The notes: generated by a model not told the origin, from the letters alone. DNA of 64,000 nucleotides from Candidatus Parcubacteria bacterium (GCA_023132155.1 JAGLYP010000002.1:6598-70597); one strand, 5' to 3'. Counted from the first letter of the stretch, positions 1 to 10,490 are shown. Numbers and translations: made by a program.

Positions 1-1367
1 TGAATAGCCAAGTTTTTTAGTGAAGCATCATGAATATACGTACTGGCTTTATCATATACTTTTTTCCACTCAATAAGCGGTGAGTTAATGCCGTCAATTT
101 TTTTTATAGCTAATTGCCTTACTCGGCTTTCTTTCCATTTAGTTATAGATGGTACGGCCAGATATATAGCGACCCATTGTTCAAGTTTGAGCTGTATATT
201 CGTTCTGGTAAGAATTCCCGGTAAAATTTTATCCATTTCCGTGTCAGGATAGTCTTTTTTACACATGGTGATGATTTGTTTGAAACTGGTAATTGTAGCT
301 TCAATTCCATTGAGAGTTCCTTTGTCGTGAGAGCTAGACCATCCATGTGTGGCCATTCGCTGCTCAAATGTTTTTTTCTTTTCCTGAAGTTTATTTGTGA
401 CCATAACAAAGTGCTGTTTAAAGGCTTTACTGGAATGATCATAATGATTGAGCAATAAAGCGATTTCGTACCATTTCTCAAAAGCCACTTCTTTGGTTTT
501 TTCCTGTTTTGTTAATATTTCAAAGCATTTCTCTAGAGCAACATTTTTTATGACTTGCTCGGTGGCTTTTTCGCAGATTTCAACCCATGTTTCAAGGGGC
601 AGATTAATTGTTTTGGCTTTTTTGTGAATTTTTTTCTTGTATGGGTGTTTATAGAAATTACACTTTAGAATTTTTGCCCAATGTTTGTAGGTAATAGCGG
701 TATCAACTTTACCAGTCAATATTTTTTGCTGGATATCATATGACCATTGTGCCAAGCTTTCAATTTTAAACCAATGTTCTTGATTTTCCGCCGTTTCCAT
801 CATTTTTTCTAAAAGTGCATACTTAATGTTATCACCAAGACTGAAAAATTCATTAAACAGTTCAAACCAATCCTCAAAGGGTAGAATGGTTTTATTCATT
901 TCATCTACCGACCTAGTCCTGAATCCATAATTATATTTAAAGTTTCTAGACGCTTCCAGCCAATTTTTGACAGACGGTGAGGCTTTTGTGATTTTGTTGA
1001 ATATCATTTTGCACAATTTATCATCAGATTTGATTTTTTTGTCAGCATGCGCTTTTCGCAATGCTGCTAGCCAACTAGAAAGAGGCATATTTTCAGCACC
1101 CATCCTGATTAGAAATATCTCTTTAAGATTTTTGTTGGGTGTCGCAGTGTAATATTTAAGGGTCTGGTTGAAGCTGAGAGCATGTACGATTTTTTCAATC
1201 TGTTCGTCCATTTGTTCATTTAAGAGAACGCCGTATATTTTAAGCCACTGTTCTAAATTTGGCTCAAATGGCAAATCCTCTAAATTCGGGAAAGACACGA
1301 CAACCGCTAATTCAAAACCTAATTTTTTTTCTAAATCTTTGAATTTCTTTTTTTTATCTTTAGCCAT
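1..1367 (-). CDS. hypothetical protein with Trp-centred helical repeats; C-terminus cut by window edge (>=455 aa)
   Basis: Manual minus-strand translation from ATG at 1367 (GGAGG at 1374-1378) stays open to position 1. Absent from the ORF track because it runs off the window. Motif [EK]xW[FLVY]x[IL] recurs about every 30-35 aa (EQWLKIY, SSWLAAL, KNWLEAS, EDWFELF, EHWFKIE, KHWAKIL, ETWVEIC, EKWYEIA, EQWVAIY, IEWKKVY). Confidence 0.6.
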   Translation of the reverse strand, partial: MAKDKKKKFKDLEKKLGFELAVVVSFPNLEDLPFEPNLEQWLKIYGVLLNEQMDEQIEKIVHALSFNQTLKYYTATPNKNLKEIFLIRMGAENMPLSSWLAALRKAHADKKIKSDDKLCKMIFNKITKASPSVKNWLEASRNFKYNYGFRTRSVDEMNKTILPFEDWFELFNEFFSLGDNIKYALLEKMMETAENQEHWFKIESLAQWSYDIQQKILTGKVDTAITYKHWAKILKCNFYKHPYKKKIHKKAKTINLPLETWVEICEKATEQVIKNVALEKCFEILTKQEKTKEVAFEKWYEIALLLNHYDHSSKAFKQHFVMVTNKLQEKKKTFEQRMATHGWSSSHDKGTLNGIEATITSFKQIITMCKKDYPDTEMDKILPGILTRTNIQLKLEQWVAIYLAVPSITKWKESRVRQLAIKKIDGINSPLIEWKKVYDKASTYIHDASLKNLAI

Positions 1368-1428
1368 TTTTTTCCTCCATTTCTTAATTTAACGGAAACG
1401 CTTTTGATATTTTATAGTACGCAGATTA

Positions 1429-1776
1429 TTATTGTTTTGATAATTTGATTAATTTAACATTATTCCATCCATCGTGGTGAAAAATATCAGATAACCACAT
1501 ATCATTATATTGCTTATGAGACTTAATTCGCATGTTATATTTAATAATAATAGTCTGAATTTCTGCTGGTACATTCTGGCGATTTTGCAAAATTATTTCT
1601 ACATCTTCTCTTAATTGTTCAATTTCTGCCAACTCTCCAAAGAAAAGTATGTGCTTAACTCCTATTGATATAATTAAAAGGACAAACATTAAGCATATTA
1701 CACATTTTAATATTGGATATACGGTGTGTTGTTTCCGACAAGAGTCTGCATATTTTGATGCACTTGATTTTTCCAT
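1429..1776 (-). CDS. small membrane-anchored hypothetical protein
   Basis: 115-aa ORF with GGAG upstream of the ATG and one hydrophobic helix (ILKCVICLMFVLLIISIGV). Co-oriented with, and 61 nt upstream of, the 1367 gene. Confidence 0.45.
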   Translation of the reverse strand: MEKSSASKYADSCRKQHTVYPILKCVICLMFVLLIISIGVKHILFFGELAEIEQLREDVEIILQNRQNVPAEIQTIIIKYNMRIKSHKQYNDMWLSDIFHHDGWNNVKLIKLSKQ

Positions 1777-1951
1777 GGTTGAATCTCCTTTTTTATTAGA
1801 TTAAAGGTTTGCAAAAAATATTTATAATTAAATAAAATAATTTAATTTTTTTAACGAACGAATTACAATATATTAAAGTAGCAAAAAAACATTAATTTGT
1901 CAAGGCACATTTGTGTATTTGAATATTATTTTCATTATTTTGATTTTTTGT

Positions 1952-1980
1952 TTGCAAATTATCTTTATATTAGGTAAAAT
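1952..1980 (+). promoter_or_regulatory. sigma70-like promoter upstream of purL
   Basis: TTGCAA, 17-nt spacer, TAAAAT, about 30 nt before the purL ATG. Confidence 0.35.
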
Positions 1981-2011
1981 AAAGATATAGTCATTAAATA
2001 GATATAATATT

Positions 2012-5000
2012 ATGTATCATTTTTTTTATAAAGAAAAAAAGGATTTGGAGTATTGCTTTAATGTTAATACAAGCGAGCAATTAACTGAAAAAGAGGATGA
2101 AATATTGCGGGGAATATTAGCTGATGGCTTTGTACTGAAGAATATTCAAAAAAAGTCGTGTTTTAAAAATGATGAAGTAATAGAAATAGGTCCTCGCTTG
2201 AATGTTGCTACGGCTTTTTCAACCAACGCGATTGGAATCTGCCACGCATGCGGATTGGAAAAAGTTGTGAGAATAGAAAAATCCAGAAGATACAGGATTT
2301 TAGATGAAGTAAATAGAGATGAGTTTATAAAGAAAAATCATGATAAAATGACAGAATGCGTGTATGCTAAAACTTTGGAAAATTTTGAAACCGGAATTGA
2401 GCCGGAAAAGGTATTTGAAGTCCCGCTAATAGAAGAAGGGATTGGCGCGATAAAGAAGATAAATCAAGATATGGGATTGGGAATGGATGATTGGGATGAA
2501 AAATTTTATTATAATTTATTTGTAAACATAATTAAAAAAAATCCAAGCAATGTAGAATGTTTTCAGCTTGGTCAGGCTAATTCAGAGCATTCAAGACATT
2601 GGTTTTTTAAAGGAAAAATGGTAATAGACGAGATAGAGATGAATGAAACATTGCTTGAGATAATTTTTTCAAATCTTGAAAAAAATCCGGAAAATAGTTT
2701 AGTGGCCTTTAAGGATAATTCTAGCGCGATAAAAGGTTATGATATTTCAACTTTAATTCCGAATAGTCCTGGAAAGATGTCGCTGTATAAAAAAAATGAC
2801 TCAACTTATCATTTTATTTTTACCGCCGAAACACATAATTTTCCAACAGGAGTAGCTCCGTTTCCTGGAGCGGAAACCGGCGGTGGCGGAAGAATCAGGG
2901 ATGTGGAGGCGATTGGAAAAGGTGGCCTGGTAGTGGCAGGTACAACAGGGTATTGCGTTGGAAATTTGAATATTCCAAACTATGATTTGCCATGGGAAGA
3001 TAAGTCATTTAAGTATCCATCAAATTTAGCGGCTTCTTTAAAAATTGAAATTGACGCGAGCAATGGAGCGAGTGATTATGGAAATAAATTCGGTGAGCCT
3101 GTTATTCAAGGCTTTACCAGATCATTTGGAATGAAATTGCCGAATAATGAGCGGCAAGAATATTTAAAGCCGATCATGTTTACGGGCGGGGTCGGGCAGA
3201 TGGACGGCCGGCATCTTGAAAAAGACAAGCCAAAGAAGGGGATGCTTATAATTCAAATTGGCGGTCCGGCATATAGAATTGGAATGGGCGGAGGATCCGC
3301 TTCAAGTATGATTCAGGGCGAGAATGCTTCCGAACTTGATTTCAACGCGGTGCAAAGGGGAGATGCCGAGATGGAACAAAAGATGAATAGAGTGGTAAGA
3401 GCATGCGTTGAGCTCGGGAGTAAAAATCCGATTATCAGCATTCATGATCAGGGAGCGGGCGGGCCCTGTAATGTTGTTACGGAAATCGTAGAACCTGTAG
3501 GCGGCAAAGTTGATATACGAAAAATAAAAGTTGGCGACAACACGCTTTCCGTGTTGGAAATTTGGGGGGCTGAATATCAGGAAAGAAACGCTTTGCTAAT
3601 ACTCCCTGAAGAAATCAATGAATTTAAGGCGATTTGCGAGAGGGAGCGAACTAATTGTGAGATTCTGGGTGAGATAACGGAAAACGGCAGAATAGAATTG
3701 ATTGACAGTCTTGACAATTCAACGGTTGTTGATTTGGAGCTTGAAAAAATTCTTGGAAAAATGCCTCAAAAAGTATTTAACGATAAAAAGTTAAAAAAGA
3801 AATTTGAAGCAATTGATTATTCTGATAAATTAACAGTGGAAGACGTCTTAATCAATGTTTTAAAATTGTTATCAGTAGGTTCAAAAAGATTTTTAACCAA
3901 TAAAGTTGACAGAAGCGTAACCGGGTTAATTGCCAGACAGCAGTGTTGCGGTCCCTTGCAATTGCCGGTATCAGATATGGCCGTAATAGCTCAAACCCAT
4001 TTTAATAAAACAGGAGCGGCTATTTCAATTGGTGAACAGCCGATAAAGATGATTATTGATTCTAAGGCAGGAGCCAGAATGTCGGTTGGCGAAGCTTTGA
4101 CAAATATGGTTTGGGCGCGAATAAGCAATATTAAAGATATAAAATGTTCAGGCAATTGGATGTGGGCGGCAAAATTGGAAGGAGAAGCGTCCAGAATGTA
4201 TGATGCCGCGGTCGCGACTCGCGATTTAATGATAGATCTTGGAATAGCAATTGATGGCGGAAAGGATAGCTTGTCAATGGCGGCAAAAGTTGGTGGTGAG
4301 ATAGTAAAATCTCCGGGCGAGCTTGCGATTTCGGCTTATGCCAGCATGCCTGATATTGCAAAAGTTATTACTCCTGACATTAAAAAAGCGGGAATGAGCG
4401 AACTCTGGTTTATTGATTTAGGAGATAATAAAAATCGGCTTGGCGGTTCGGCTTTTGCCCAGACTTTAAACCAGATAGGCAATGAATCTCCTGACGTAGT
4501 TGATTCAAAAAATTTGAAAAATTCTTTTAACGCTATTCAAGAAATGATTGATAATGATATTATTTTATCGGGTCATGATAAATCTGACGGCGGGCTTGTA
4601 ACAACAATGCTTGAGATGGCGTTTTCCGGCAATTGCGGGTTTGATATTGATTGTAAAAATGAAAATACTGATGCTATTTCATTTTATTTTAATGAAGAGC
4701 TTGGGCTGGTAATAGAAGTTAGCGATGACAAAATAGAGGAATTGAATAATATTTTGAAAAAATATAACATTGATAACATAGCGTGTAAGCTCGGAAGAAC
4801 CATAAAAGACGAAATAATAAAAATAAAATATAATAATACGGAAATATTAAATAGAGATATGAAAGAATTGCGGCAAATTTGGGAAGAAACGAGTTATCAA
4901 TTGGAAAAACTGCAAATGAATTTGCGAAACGCGGATGAAGAAAAGAAAAATATTTTTGATTTGAAAAATCCGGCTTATAAATTGTCGTTTACTCCAAAAG

Positions 5001-5830
5001 CAGTGTCAGCAGAAATTTTAGGAAGCAATAAAAAGCCGAAGATCGCGGTTATTCGCGAAGAAGGAAGCAATGGCGACAGGGAGATGGTGAGTGCGTTTTA
5101 TTCTGCCGGTTTTGAAGTGTGGGATGCGACCATGTCGGACGTCTTAGCAGGTATTGCCTTAGATGATTATAGAGGAATAGTATTTGTGGGAGGTTTTTCT
5201 TACGCGGATGTTTTAGGTTCGGCAAAAGGCTGGGCTAGCACAATTAAATATAATAAAAAAGCAAAGGAAATGTTTGAAAAATTTTATAATAGAACGGATA
5301 CTTTTTCATTAGGTGTTTGCAATGGCTGTCAGTTGATGGGGCTTTTGGGTATTGTGCCATGGAGCGGAATTGAAAGCGAAAAACAGCCCAGGTTTATTCA
5401 TAATAATTCAGGCCGGTTTGAGTCGCGCTGGACGACTGTAAAGATATTAGAAAGTTCCGCTATAATGTTTAAGGATATGGCAGGTTCAGTACTTGGCGCG
5501 TGGGTAGCGCATGGCGAAGGGAAATTGAATTTCCCGGATGTTAATATTTTAAAAGATGTTAAGGATAAGAATTTGGCAACAATTGCTTATGTTGATGACA
5601 GTGGAGCGCGGACTGAAAAATACCCGTTTAATCCAAATGGATCAATAGAGGGAATTACCGGGCTTTGCTCGGAGGATGGAAGGCATTTGGCGATGATGCC
5701 GCATCCTGAAAGATCATTTTTAAAGTGGCAATGGCCGTGGATGCCAAGCGAGCTTAATAAAGAATGGGAAGTTTCTCCTTGGTTGAAAATGTTTCAGAAT
5801 GCCAGAGAGTGGTGTGAGGATAATAAATAA
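2012..5830 (+). CDS. purL: phosphoribosylformylglycinamidine synthase, single-chain large type (synthetase plus C-terminal glutamine amidotransferase)
   Basis: 1272 aa. Has the FGAM synthase motifs (ETHNFPT, GAETGGGGRIRD, duplicated AIR-synthase-like domains). C-terminal GATase has the nucleophile GVCNGCQ and HPER. Confidence 0.95.
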   Translation: MYHFFYKEKKDLEYCFNVNTSEQLTEKEDEILRGILADGFVLKNIQKKSCFKNDEVIEIGPRLNVATAFSTNAIGICHACGLEKVVRIEKSRRYRILDEVNRDEFIKKNHDKMTECVYAKTLENFETGIEPEKVFEVPLIEEGIGAIKKINQDMGLGMDDWDEKFYYNLFVNIIKKNPSNVECFQLGQANSEHSRHWFFKGKMVIDEIEMNETLLEIIFSNLEKNPENSLVAFKDNSSAIKGYDISTLIPNSPGKMSLYKKNDSTYHFIFTAETHNFPTGVAPFPGAETGGGGRIRDVEAIGKGGLVVAGTTGYCVGNLNIPNYDLPWEDKSFKYPSNLAASLKIEIDASNGASDYGNKFGEPVIQGFTRSFGMKLPNNERQEYLKPIMFTGGVGQMDGRHLEKDKPKKGMLIIQIGGPAYRIGMGGGSASSMIQGENASELDFNAVQRGDAEMEQKMNRVVRACVELGSKNPIISIHDQGAGGPCNVVTEIVEPVGGKVDIRKIKVGDNTLSVLEIWGAEYQERNALLILPEEINEFKAICERERTNCEILGEITENGRIELIDSLDNSTVVDLELEKILGKMPQKVFNDKKLKKKFEAIDYSDKLTVEDVLINVLKLLSVGSKRFLTNKVDRSVTGLIARQQCCGPLQLPVSDMAVIAQTHFNKTGAAISIGEQPIKMIIDSKAGARMSVGEALTNMVWARISNIKDIKCSGNWMWAAKLEGEASRMYDAAVATRDLMIDLGIAIDGGKDSLSMAAKVGGEIVKSPGELAISAYASMPDIAKVITPDIKKAGMSELWFIDLGDNKNRLGGSAFAQTLNQIGNESPDVVDSKNLKNSFNAIQEMIDNDIILSGHDKSDGGLVTTMLEMAFSGNCGFDIDCKNENTDAISFYFNEELGLVIEVSDDKIEELNNILKKYNIDNIACKLGRTIKDEIIKIKYNNTEILNRDMKELRQIWEETSYQLEKLQMNLRNADEEKKNIFDLKNPAYKLSFTPKAVSAEILGSNKKPKIAVIREEGSNGDREMVSAFYSAGFEVWDATMSDVLAGIALDDYRGIVFVGGFSYADVLGSAKGWASTIKYNKKAKEMFEKFYNRTDTFSLGVCNGCQLMGLLGIVPWSGIESEKQPRFIHNNSGRFESRWTTVKILESSAIMFKDMAGSVLGAWVAHGEGKLNFPDVNILKDVKDKNLATIAYVDDSGARTEKYPFNPNGSIEGITGLCSEDGRHLAMMPHPERSFLKWQWPWMPSELNKEWEVSPWLKMFQNAREWCEDNK

Positions 5831-5883
5831 AAAAGGCCGTCCTTAATGGGCGACCTTGCGAAGGGTTTCTTGTAATTGTCGAG

Positions 5884-6732
5884 CTACGTACAAACGCGGC
5901 TACGAAATGTTTGCCGGATGAATTTATTAGAATCATCCCATGTGTCTGTTTGGGCCATAGCATTCCCTAGTTTGCTGGCGGCAGTTATTGCGTTCAACAT
6001 GGTAGGAAAACAACCCTGTAGAGAATCATGCAACTTCACAAAACGATTGCCTTCATTACCTGACATCAATCGTGGTTGTTGCGACTTAGTTTCTGCTTGG
6101 TAGAACATCCATTGTTCGTCTTTATGGTTTGGATTTAGTTGTCCTTCAACGGCAATATCTTGATTTACATAGAGCATGTCGCCGTTTCTCCGTAAAAGCA
6201 ACCAGCCAAGAGAGTAGTCGTTTTGGAAATATATCGTCCCTATTTGTCCAGATAATGTTTTATCCCCGTACAGAACTGTGAATTTTTGGCCGTTTGGTGC
6301 AATATTTTTCCAATCCGGACCGTAGCAAGCAATTTTTTTATTTGTCCAGTCTGGTAGCCATCCTGTGTATCCGCAAGCAATCATTTGATAGCCAAGTTTT
6401 TCTTTTGACCAATAGTCAGGATAGTGATTATTGTGGAATTTCAGCGGAAGCTGAAGTATGTCGAAAATGATAGCTCCGCAGTCATCATTTGATATTGGAA
6501 GCTGAGTTTTACAATCAAAAGATCCAATTTCAATTTTGTAAGATTGGAGATAACTCTCGTATGAATTAAATTTGACTGTGGCAGATATTCCATCCAGATG
6601 GATGTCAAATGATGAGTGAACAAACCCAAGCCATATCCGTTTTCCGTTATCCATGATTTTGATTGAAAGTTTTTTAAAATCAGCCTTACCATAGATTTCC
6701 TCGCGTTTTTCCTGAATTTTTGAAATGATCAT
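5884..6732 (-). CDS. hypothetical protein, antisense insertion between purL and purM
   Basis: 282-aa ORF, Trp/Tyr-rich, with no motif I can name. Visibly more G+C-rich than the flanks. GGAG upstream of the ATG. Confidence 0.5.
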   Translation of the reverse strand: MIISKIQEKREEIYGKADFKKLSIKIMDNGKRIWLGFVHSSFDIHLDGISATVKFNSYESYLQSYKIEIGSFDCKTQLPISNDDCGAIIFDILQLPLKFHNNHYPDYWSKEKLGYQMIACGYTGWLPDWTNKKIACYGPDWKNIAPNGQKFTVLYGDKTLSGQIGTIYFQNDYSLGWLLLRRNGDMLYVNQDIAVEGQLNPNHKDEQWMFYQAETKSQQPRLMSGNEGNRFVKLHDSLQGCFPTMLNAITAASKLGNAMAQTDTWDDSNKFIRQTFRSRVCT

Positions 6733-6840
6733 TTTATCTCCTTTTTATCAATTTAAAGGGTGGATAATATTTATATATTACTATTAACAATTTTATACTT
6801 TAGCATATAATATTAAAGTTGTCAAGTTAGCGTTAAATTT

Positions 6841-8028
6841 ATGTCAAATACAAGCAAATACAAAGAACTCGGGGTTGATCCAGGGAAATCAAATGTAAGA
6901 AAAATATTTATTAAATATATCGCAAATGATTATCCTGATGCTTTTGTAAATATCGTAACTGATCCGGAAAATATCGGGAATGTTTTTACAATGCATACAG
7001 ATGGTGACGGCAGTAAGATTGTGCAAAGAGTATTGCATTATCTGGAAACAGGAGACGCAACAATATTTCAAGGCGCGGTTGATGACGCGATATCTATGAA
7101 TACCGGGGATATCGCGGCTAGCGGGTTTATTACGGGAAAATGGGTGGTTACTGATGTTATAAATATCAACGCGATGAACATTCCAAAAGATATAATAATG
7201 GAGCAAGTGGCCAAGCGATTTTCGGAGTTAATTAATATTTATAAAGAGAACGGATTTGATATGTTTTATTTTCTCGGAGGAGAGACCGCGGATCTGCCCA
7301 CTCAAATTTCAAGTATGGTTTTTGACGTGGGAATATATGCCAGAACCGAAAAAAAGAATATAGTTGCCGGAAATGTGAGGCCGGGCGATAAAATATATGG
7401 TTTTGCAAGCAATGGAAAGGCTAGCTGGGAAGATACTGATAATTCCGGCATGATGTCAAACGGAGTTACTTTAGCCAGGATTGATTTGATGCATAGGAAA
7501 TACGCGGAAAAGTATCCGTTTTTAAATAATAAAGAATGCGCTTATAGGGGAAAATATAAGATTAATGATAAACCAAAAATACTGAACGGAATGACAGTGA
7601 GTGAAGCAATTTTATCTCCAACCAGGCAATGGGCGATTGTTATAAAAGGAATTGTAGAAAAATTGAAAGAAAAAAATAAATTATCATTGCTTCACGGAAT
7701 ATCAATGAACACCGGAGGTGGCGCTACTAAAATTGGGCATGTCGGAAGCGGAATATTATACAAAAAAATAATGCCGAAAGTGCCCCCAATTTTTAAATTA
7801 ATCAAAGAAGAGTCAGGGGATTCTTGGAGAAATATGTTTGAGACCTTTAATTGCGGCGTGGGAATTGACGTTGTCGGTGGGAATAATCCGGAATTTCGTA
7901 AAATTTTAAAAGAAGTGTCTGAAGAAGTTCATGTTAAGATGTTTGATTTGGGAATTTGTGAGCAATTTAAAGGAGAAAAGAATAAAGTGGAAATTGAAAC
8001 ACCATACGGATTTTTTAATGACTATTAA
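6841..8028 (+). CDS. purM: phosphoribosylformylglycinamidine cyclo-ligase (AIR synthase family, long form)
   Basis: Motifs YKELGVD, DGDGSK (cf. DGVGTK), GGETADLP (cf. GGETAEMP), LSPTR, NTGGG, FNCGVG. Confidence 0.85.
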   Translation: MSNTSKYKELGVDPGKSNVRKIFIKYIANDYPDAFVNIVTDPENIGNVFTMHTDGDGSKIVQRVLHYLETGDATIFQGAVDDAISMNTGDIAASGFITGKWVVTDVININAMNIPKDIIMEQVAKRFSELINIYKENGFDMFYFLGGETADLPTQISSMVFDVGIYARTEKKNIVAGNVRPGDKIYGFASNGKASWEDTDNSGMMSNGVTLARIDLMHRKYAEKYPFLNNKECAYRGKYKINDKPKILNGMTVSEAILSPTRQWAIVIKGIVEKLKEKNKLSLLHGISMNTGGGATKIGHVGSGILYKKIMPKVPPIFKLIKEESGDSWRNMFETFNCGVGIDVVGGNNPEFRKILKEVSEEVHVKMFDLGICEQFKGEKNKVEIETPYGFFNDY

Positions 8029-8135
8029 AAAATGAATCGTAGGAACGCGCAGCGGCGCGTTCTTGCGAATTAAAATAAACGCTTATTGTCATCAAGGAAA
8101 GTGAAAAATATTTCAATTAGCACGCATTAAACAAA

Positions 8136-8172
8136 AAAAACCGCGTATTTAAACCCGCGGTTTTTATTTTTT
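8136..8172 (+). terminator. rho-independent terminator
   Basis: Stem AAAACCGCG / CGCGGTTTT followed by a T-run. A second GC hairpin (GAACGCGC agcg GCGCGTTC, 8053-8072) sits just after the purM stop. Confidence 0.6.
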
Positions 8173-8201
8173 TATAACTATCCCCAATTTTTTTGCCATT
8201 C

Positions 8202-8230
8202 TTGACATAACAAAGAAAATATGATATGAT
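8202..8230 (+). promoter_or_regulatory. sigma70-like promoter
   Basis: TTGACA, 17 nt, TATGAT, 25 nt before the 8255 start. Confidence 0.45.
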
Positions 8231-8254
8231 GCAAGGTTAAAAAAATAAATTTAC

Positions 8255-9622
8255 ATGTCTAATAATATTAAAAAAATCAATAAAAACAGGGATATTTTAT
8301 TGAGGCGCGCGCTTTGGGTAATTGTGCCGTTTTTGCTTGCTATTTTAGCGCTGGATAAGGTTAGCTTAATAACAATTTTTGGAATATTAGCAGTTTATTT
8401 GATTTTTGTCTTTGCCAAAGATAAAATTTGGTATCTATTGGTATTGGCGGTGCCAAGCCTTGTTTTTGGAAAAATTTTATATATTCCAATTACCAATACC
8501 TGGGTATACGAAGCTCGTTTCGCGGAAGTCTTTTTGGGCATGGTTTTAATAGTTTTTATTTCGGATGTATTTTTAAATAATAAAATAATAAATTTAAAAT
8601 TTGATAAGATCAGTTTTGGGCTGCTTATTTTTTTAATCGCGTCGCTTGCTTCAATATATTCGGCGCTTGACTTTCGTTTGTTTGTTTTTGCTTTAAAAAC
8701 AATTGTTTTTAGTTTTTTAGCTTATTTTTTGGCTTTGAATTTGCTTGATAATAAAAAGAAAGTCTTTTATTTTTTATACAGCATGGCAATAACCGGAATG
8801 ATTCTTAGCGCGCAAATTTTTTGGAAATTTTATCAGATGGGCTTTTCAATTGATTTCTTTTTTAATCGTTCCGATATTTTAATTCCAATCGGGCCGATTG
8901 CCACGACCGCGGCAATTTTAACTTTTTTAGCGCCGATACTTTTGGCTTTTTATTTTCAGCTTAATGATTTGAATAAATGGAAGCCGTTTGTGTTTTTGGG
9001 ATTTTTTATGAGTTTTTTCGCGGTTTTTTTAACTTTAGGAAAAGGCGCGATTATCAGTTTGTTTTTCGGCTTGTTTGTGGTTTTTTGCATGCATAAGCAG
9101 AAAAGAATTGCTTATATTTTATTTTTTATGTGGTTCGCGGCCTTGCTGTATTTCGGTTTTCAGCCCTATTTTGCCGGATTGTTCGAGCGGTTTAAAACTA
9201 CCTTGGTTGATGTCAACACGGAGTTTAGAGTGAAAGAGTATAAGTTAAGCTTTGATTTAATTAAGAATCATCCATGGATGGGGGTTGGCGTCGGCCAGCA
9301 ATTGTATTATTATAAAAAGATTCTTAATCAAGAGCAAGGTAATTTTGTAAATAATTTTATTTTGCAAACCGTAATTGATCTAGGGCTAGCCGGCCTGTTT
9401 TTGATGTTATTTATAATTAAAAATATTATAAAAAAAATAAAAGATGTTTGGCGCGCGGGCGGGAAAGAATCGGTTTTAGTTATCGGTTTTATTGCCGCAT
9501 TTGCCGCCGCGTTTTTAAACGGTATGGTAGAAGTAACGATTTATGCCTTGCCTTACGCGATTGTTTTTTGGTTAACGCTTGGAGTTTTTGAAAATGCCGC
9601 GGAAAGGGAGGAAAAACCATGA
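8255..9622 (+). CDS. O-antigen ligase/polymerase-like (Wzy_C-type) polytopic membrane protein
   Basis: 455 aa with about 10-12 hydrophobic helices and a periplasmic loop carrying HPWMGVGVGQ, typical of the O-antigen ligase family. ATGA overlap with the next gene. Confidence 0.65.
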   Translation: MSNNIKKINKNRDILLRRALWVIVPFLLAILALDKVSLITIFGILAVYLIFVFAKDKIWYLLVLAVPSLVFGKILYIPITNTWVYEARFAEVFLGMVLIVFISDVFLNNKIINLKFDKISFGLLIFLIASLASIYSALDFRLFVFALKTIVFSFLAYFLALNLLDNKKKVFYFLYSMAITGMILSAQIFWKFYQMGFSIDFFFNRSDILIPIGPIATTAAILTFLAPILLAFYFQLNDLNKWKPFVFLGFFMSFFAVFLTLGKGAIISLFFGLFVVFCMHKQKRIAYILFFMWFAALLYFGFQPYFAGLFERFKTTLVDVNTEFRVKEYKLSFDLIKNHPWMGVGVGQQLYYYKKILNQEQGNFVNNFILQTVIDLGLAGLFLMLFIIKNIIKKIKDVWRAGGKESVLVIGFIAAFAAAFLNGMVEVTIYALPYAIVFWLTLGVFENAAEREEKP

Positions 9623-10461
9623 AAAAATTATCAGTTATAATAATTAATTACGGCACGGCAGAGATGACGGAAAAGGTTATCAAGAATTTTATTGTTAAAG
9701 AAAAGTCTTTAAGTTATGAAATAATTTTGATTGATAATAAGTCTGTTGAAAAAATTAATGAAAAGAAATTTTTGGATTTGGGCGCGGAATTAATTAAGAA
9801 TCAAGAGAACCTAGGCTTTGCCAAAGCTGTTAATCAAGGAATAAAACGCGCCCAAGGAGAGTATATTTTATTATTGAACTCCGATGTATTTATTAAGGAA
9901 AACGCTATTTCTAAAATGATTGAATATTTAGAAAGCGATTTGGACGCGGCAATAGCCGCCCCGAAAATATTTTTCCCGAATGGAAGAGTACAAATTAGCG
10001 CCGGAAGATTTCCAAATTTAACAAGGGAATTTTTGCGTTTGTTTAAGCTGTATAATCTAATTCCAAAATCCACTTTAATGAGTAAAAATGAAATGGAAAG
10101 CCATCGCGAGCGCGAAATTGATTGGGTAAGCGGCGCGTGCATGCTTTTTAAACGGGAGTTGACGGACAAAATCGGTTTTTTTGATGAAAAATATTTTTTA
10201 GGGGTTGAAGATATTGATTTTTGCTATCGCGCGCGAAAAAAAGGCTTTAAAAATATTTATTATCCAATGTCAACAGTAATCCATTATCACGGATTTTCGT
10301 CCGGCGGAACTGCGGCAATCAAACGCATTAAATATGATCGAGATGGCATGATATATTTTATGCGAAAGCATTTCCCGAAAAAAGTTTTTAGTTGGATATT
10401 AATCAAACTAATGCATGATTTGAAAATTTTTTTTCTTTTCTGTCATTCCTGTAAAAGTTAA
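9619..10461 (+). CDS. family 2 glycosyltransferase
   Basis: N-terminal SVIIINYG, then IDN.S and LLLNSD (DxD region), then EDIDFCYRA. The last codons run into a GTCATTCCTG word resembling the repeat-element terminus. Confidence 0.8.
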   Translation: MKKLSVIIINYGTAEMTEKVIKNFIVKEKSLSYEIILIDNKSVEKINEKKFLDLGAELIKNQENLGFAKAVNQGIKRAQGEYILLLNSDVFIKENAISKMIEYLESDLDAAIAAPKIFFPNGRVQISAGRFPNLTREFLRLFKLYNLIPKSTLMSKNEMESHREREIDWVSGACMLFKRELTDKIGFFDEKYFLGVEDIDFCYRARKKGFKNIYYPMSTVIHYHGFSSGGTAAIKRIKYDRDGMIYFMRKHFPKKVFSWILIKLMHDLKIFFLFCHSCKS

Positions 10462-10490
10462 TTCATTGACAAAAAAACTCTCTTTTATTT

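Noticed and set aside
1777-2011. Purine or ZTP riboswitch upstream of purL.
   Set aside because: The 235-nt leader is almost pure A/T. It has no conserved riboswitch core (no purine-aptamer junction and no ZTP GGGTCGTGAC/CCGCCTGGGCA-like boxes). Only a promoter-like TTGCAA-17-TAAAAT is supportable.
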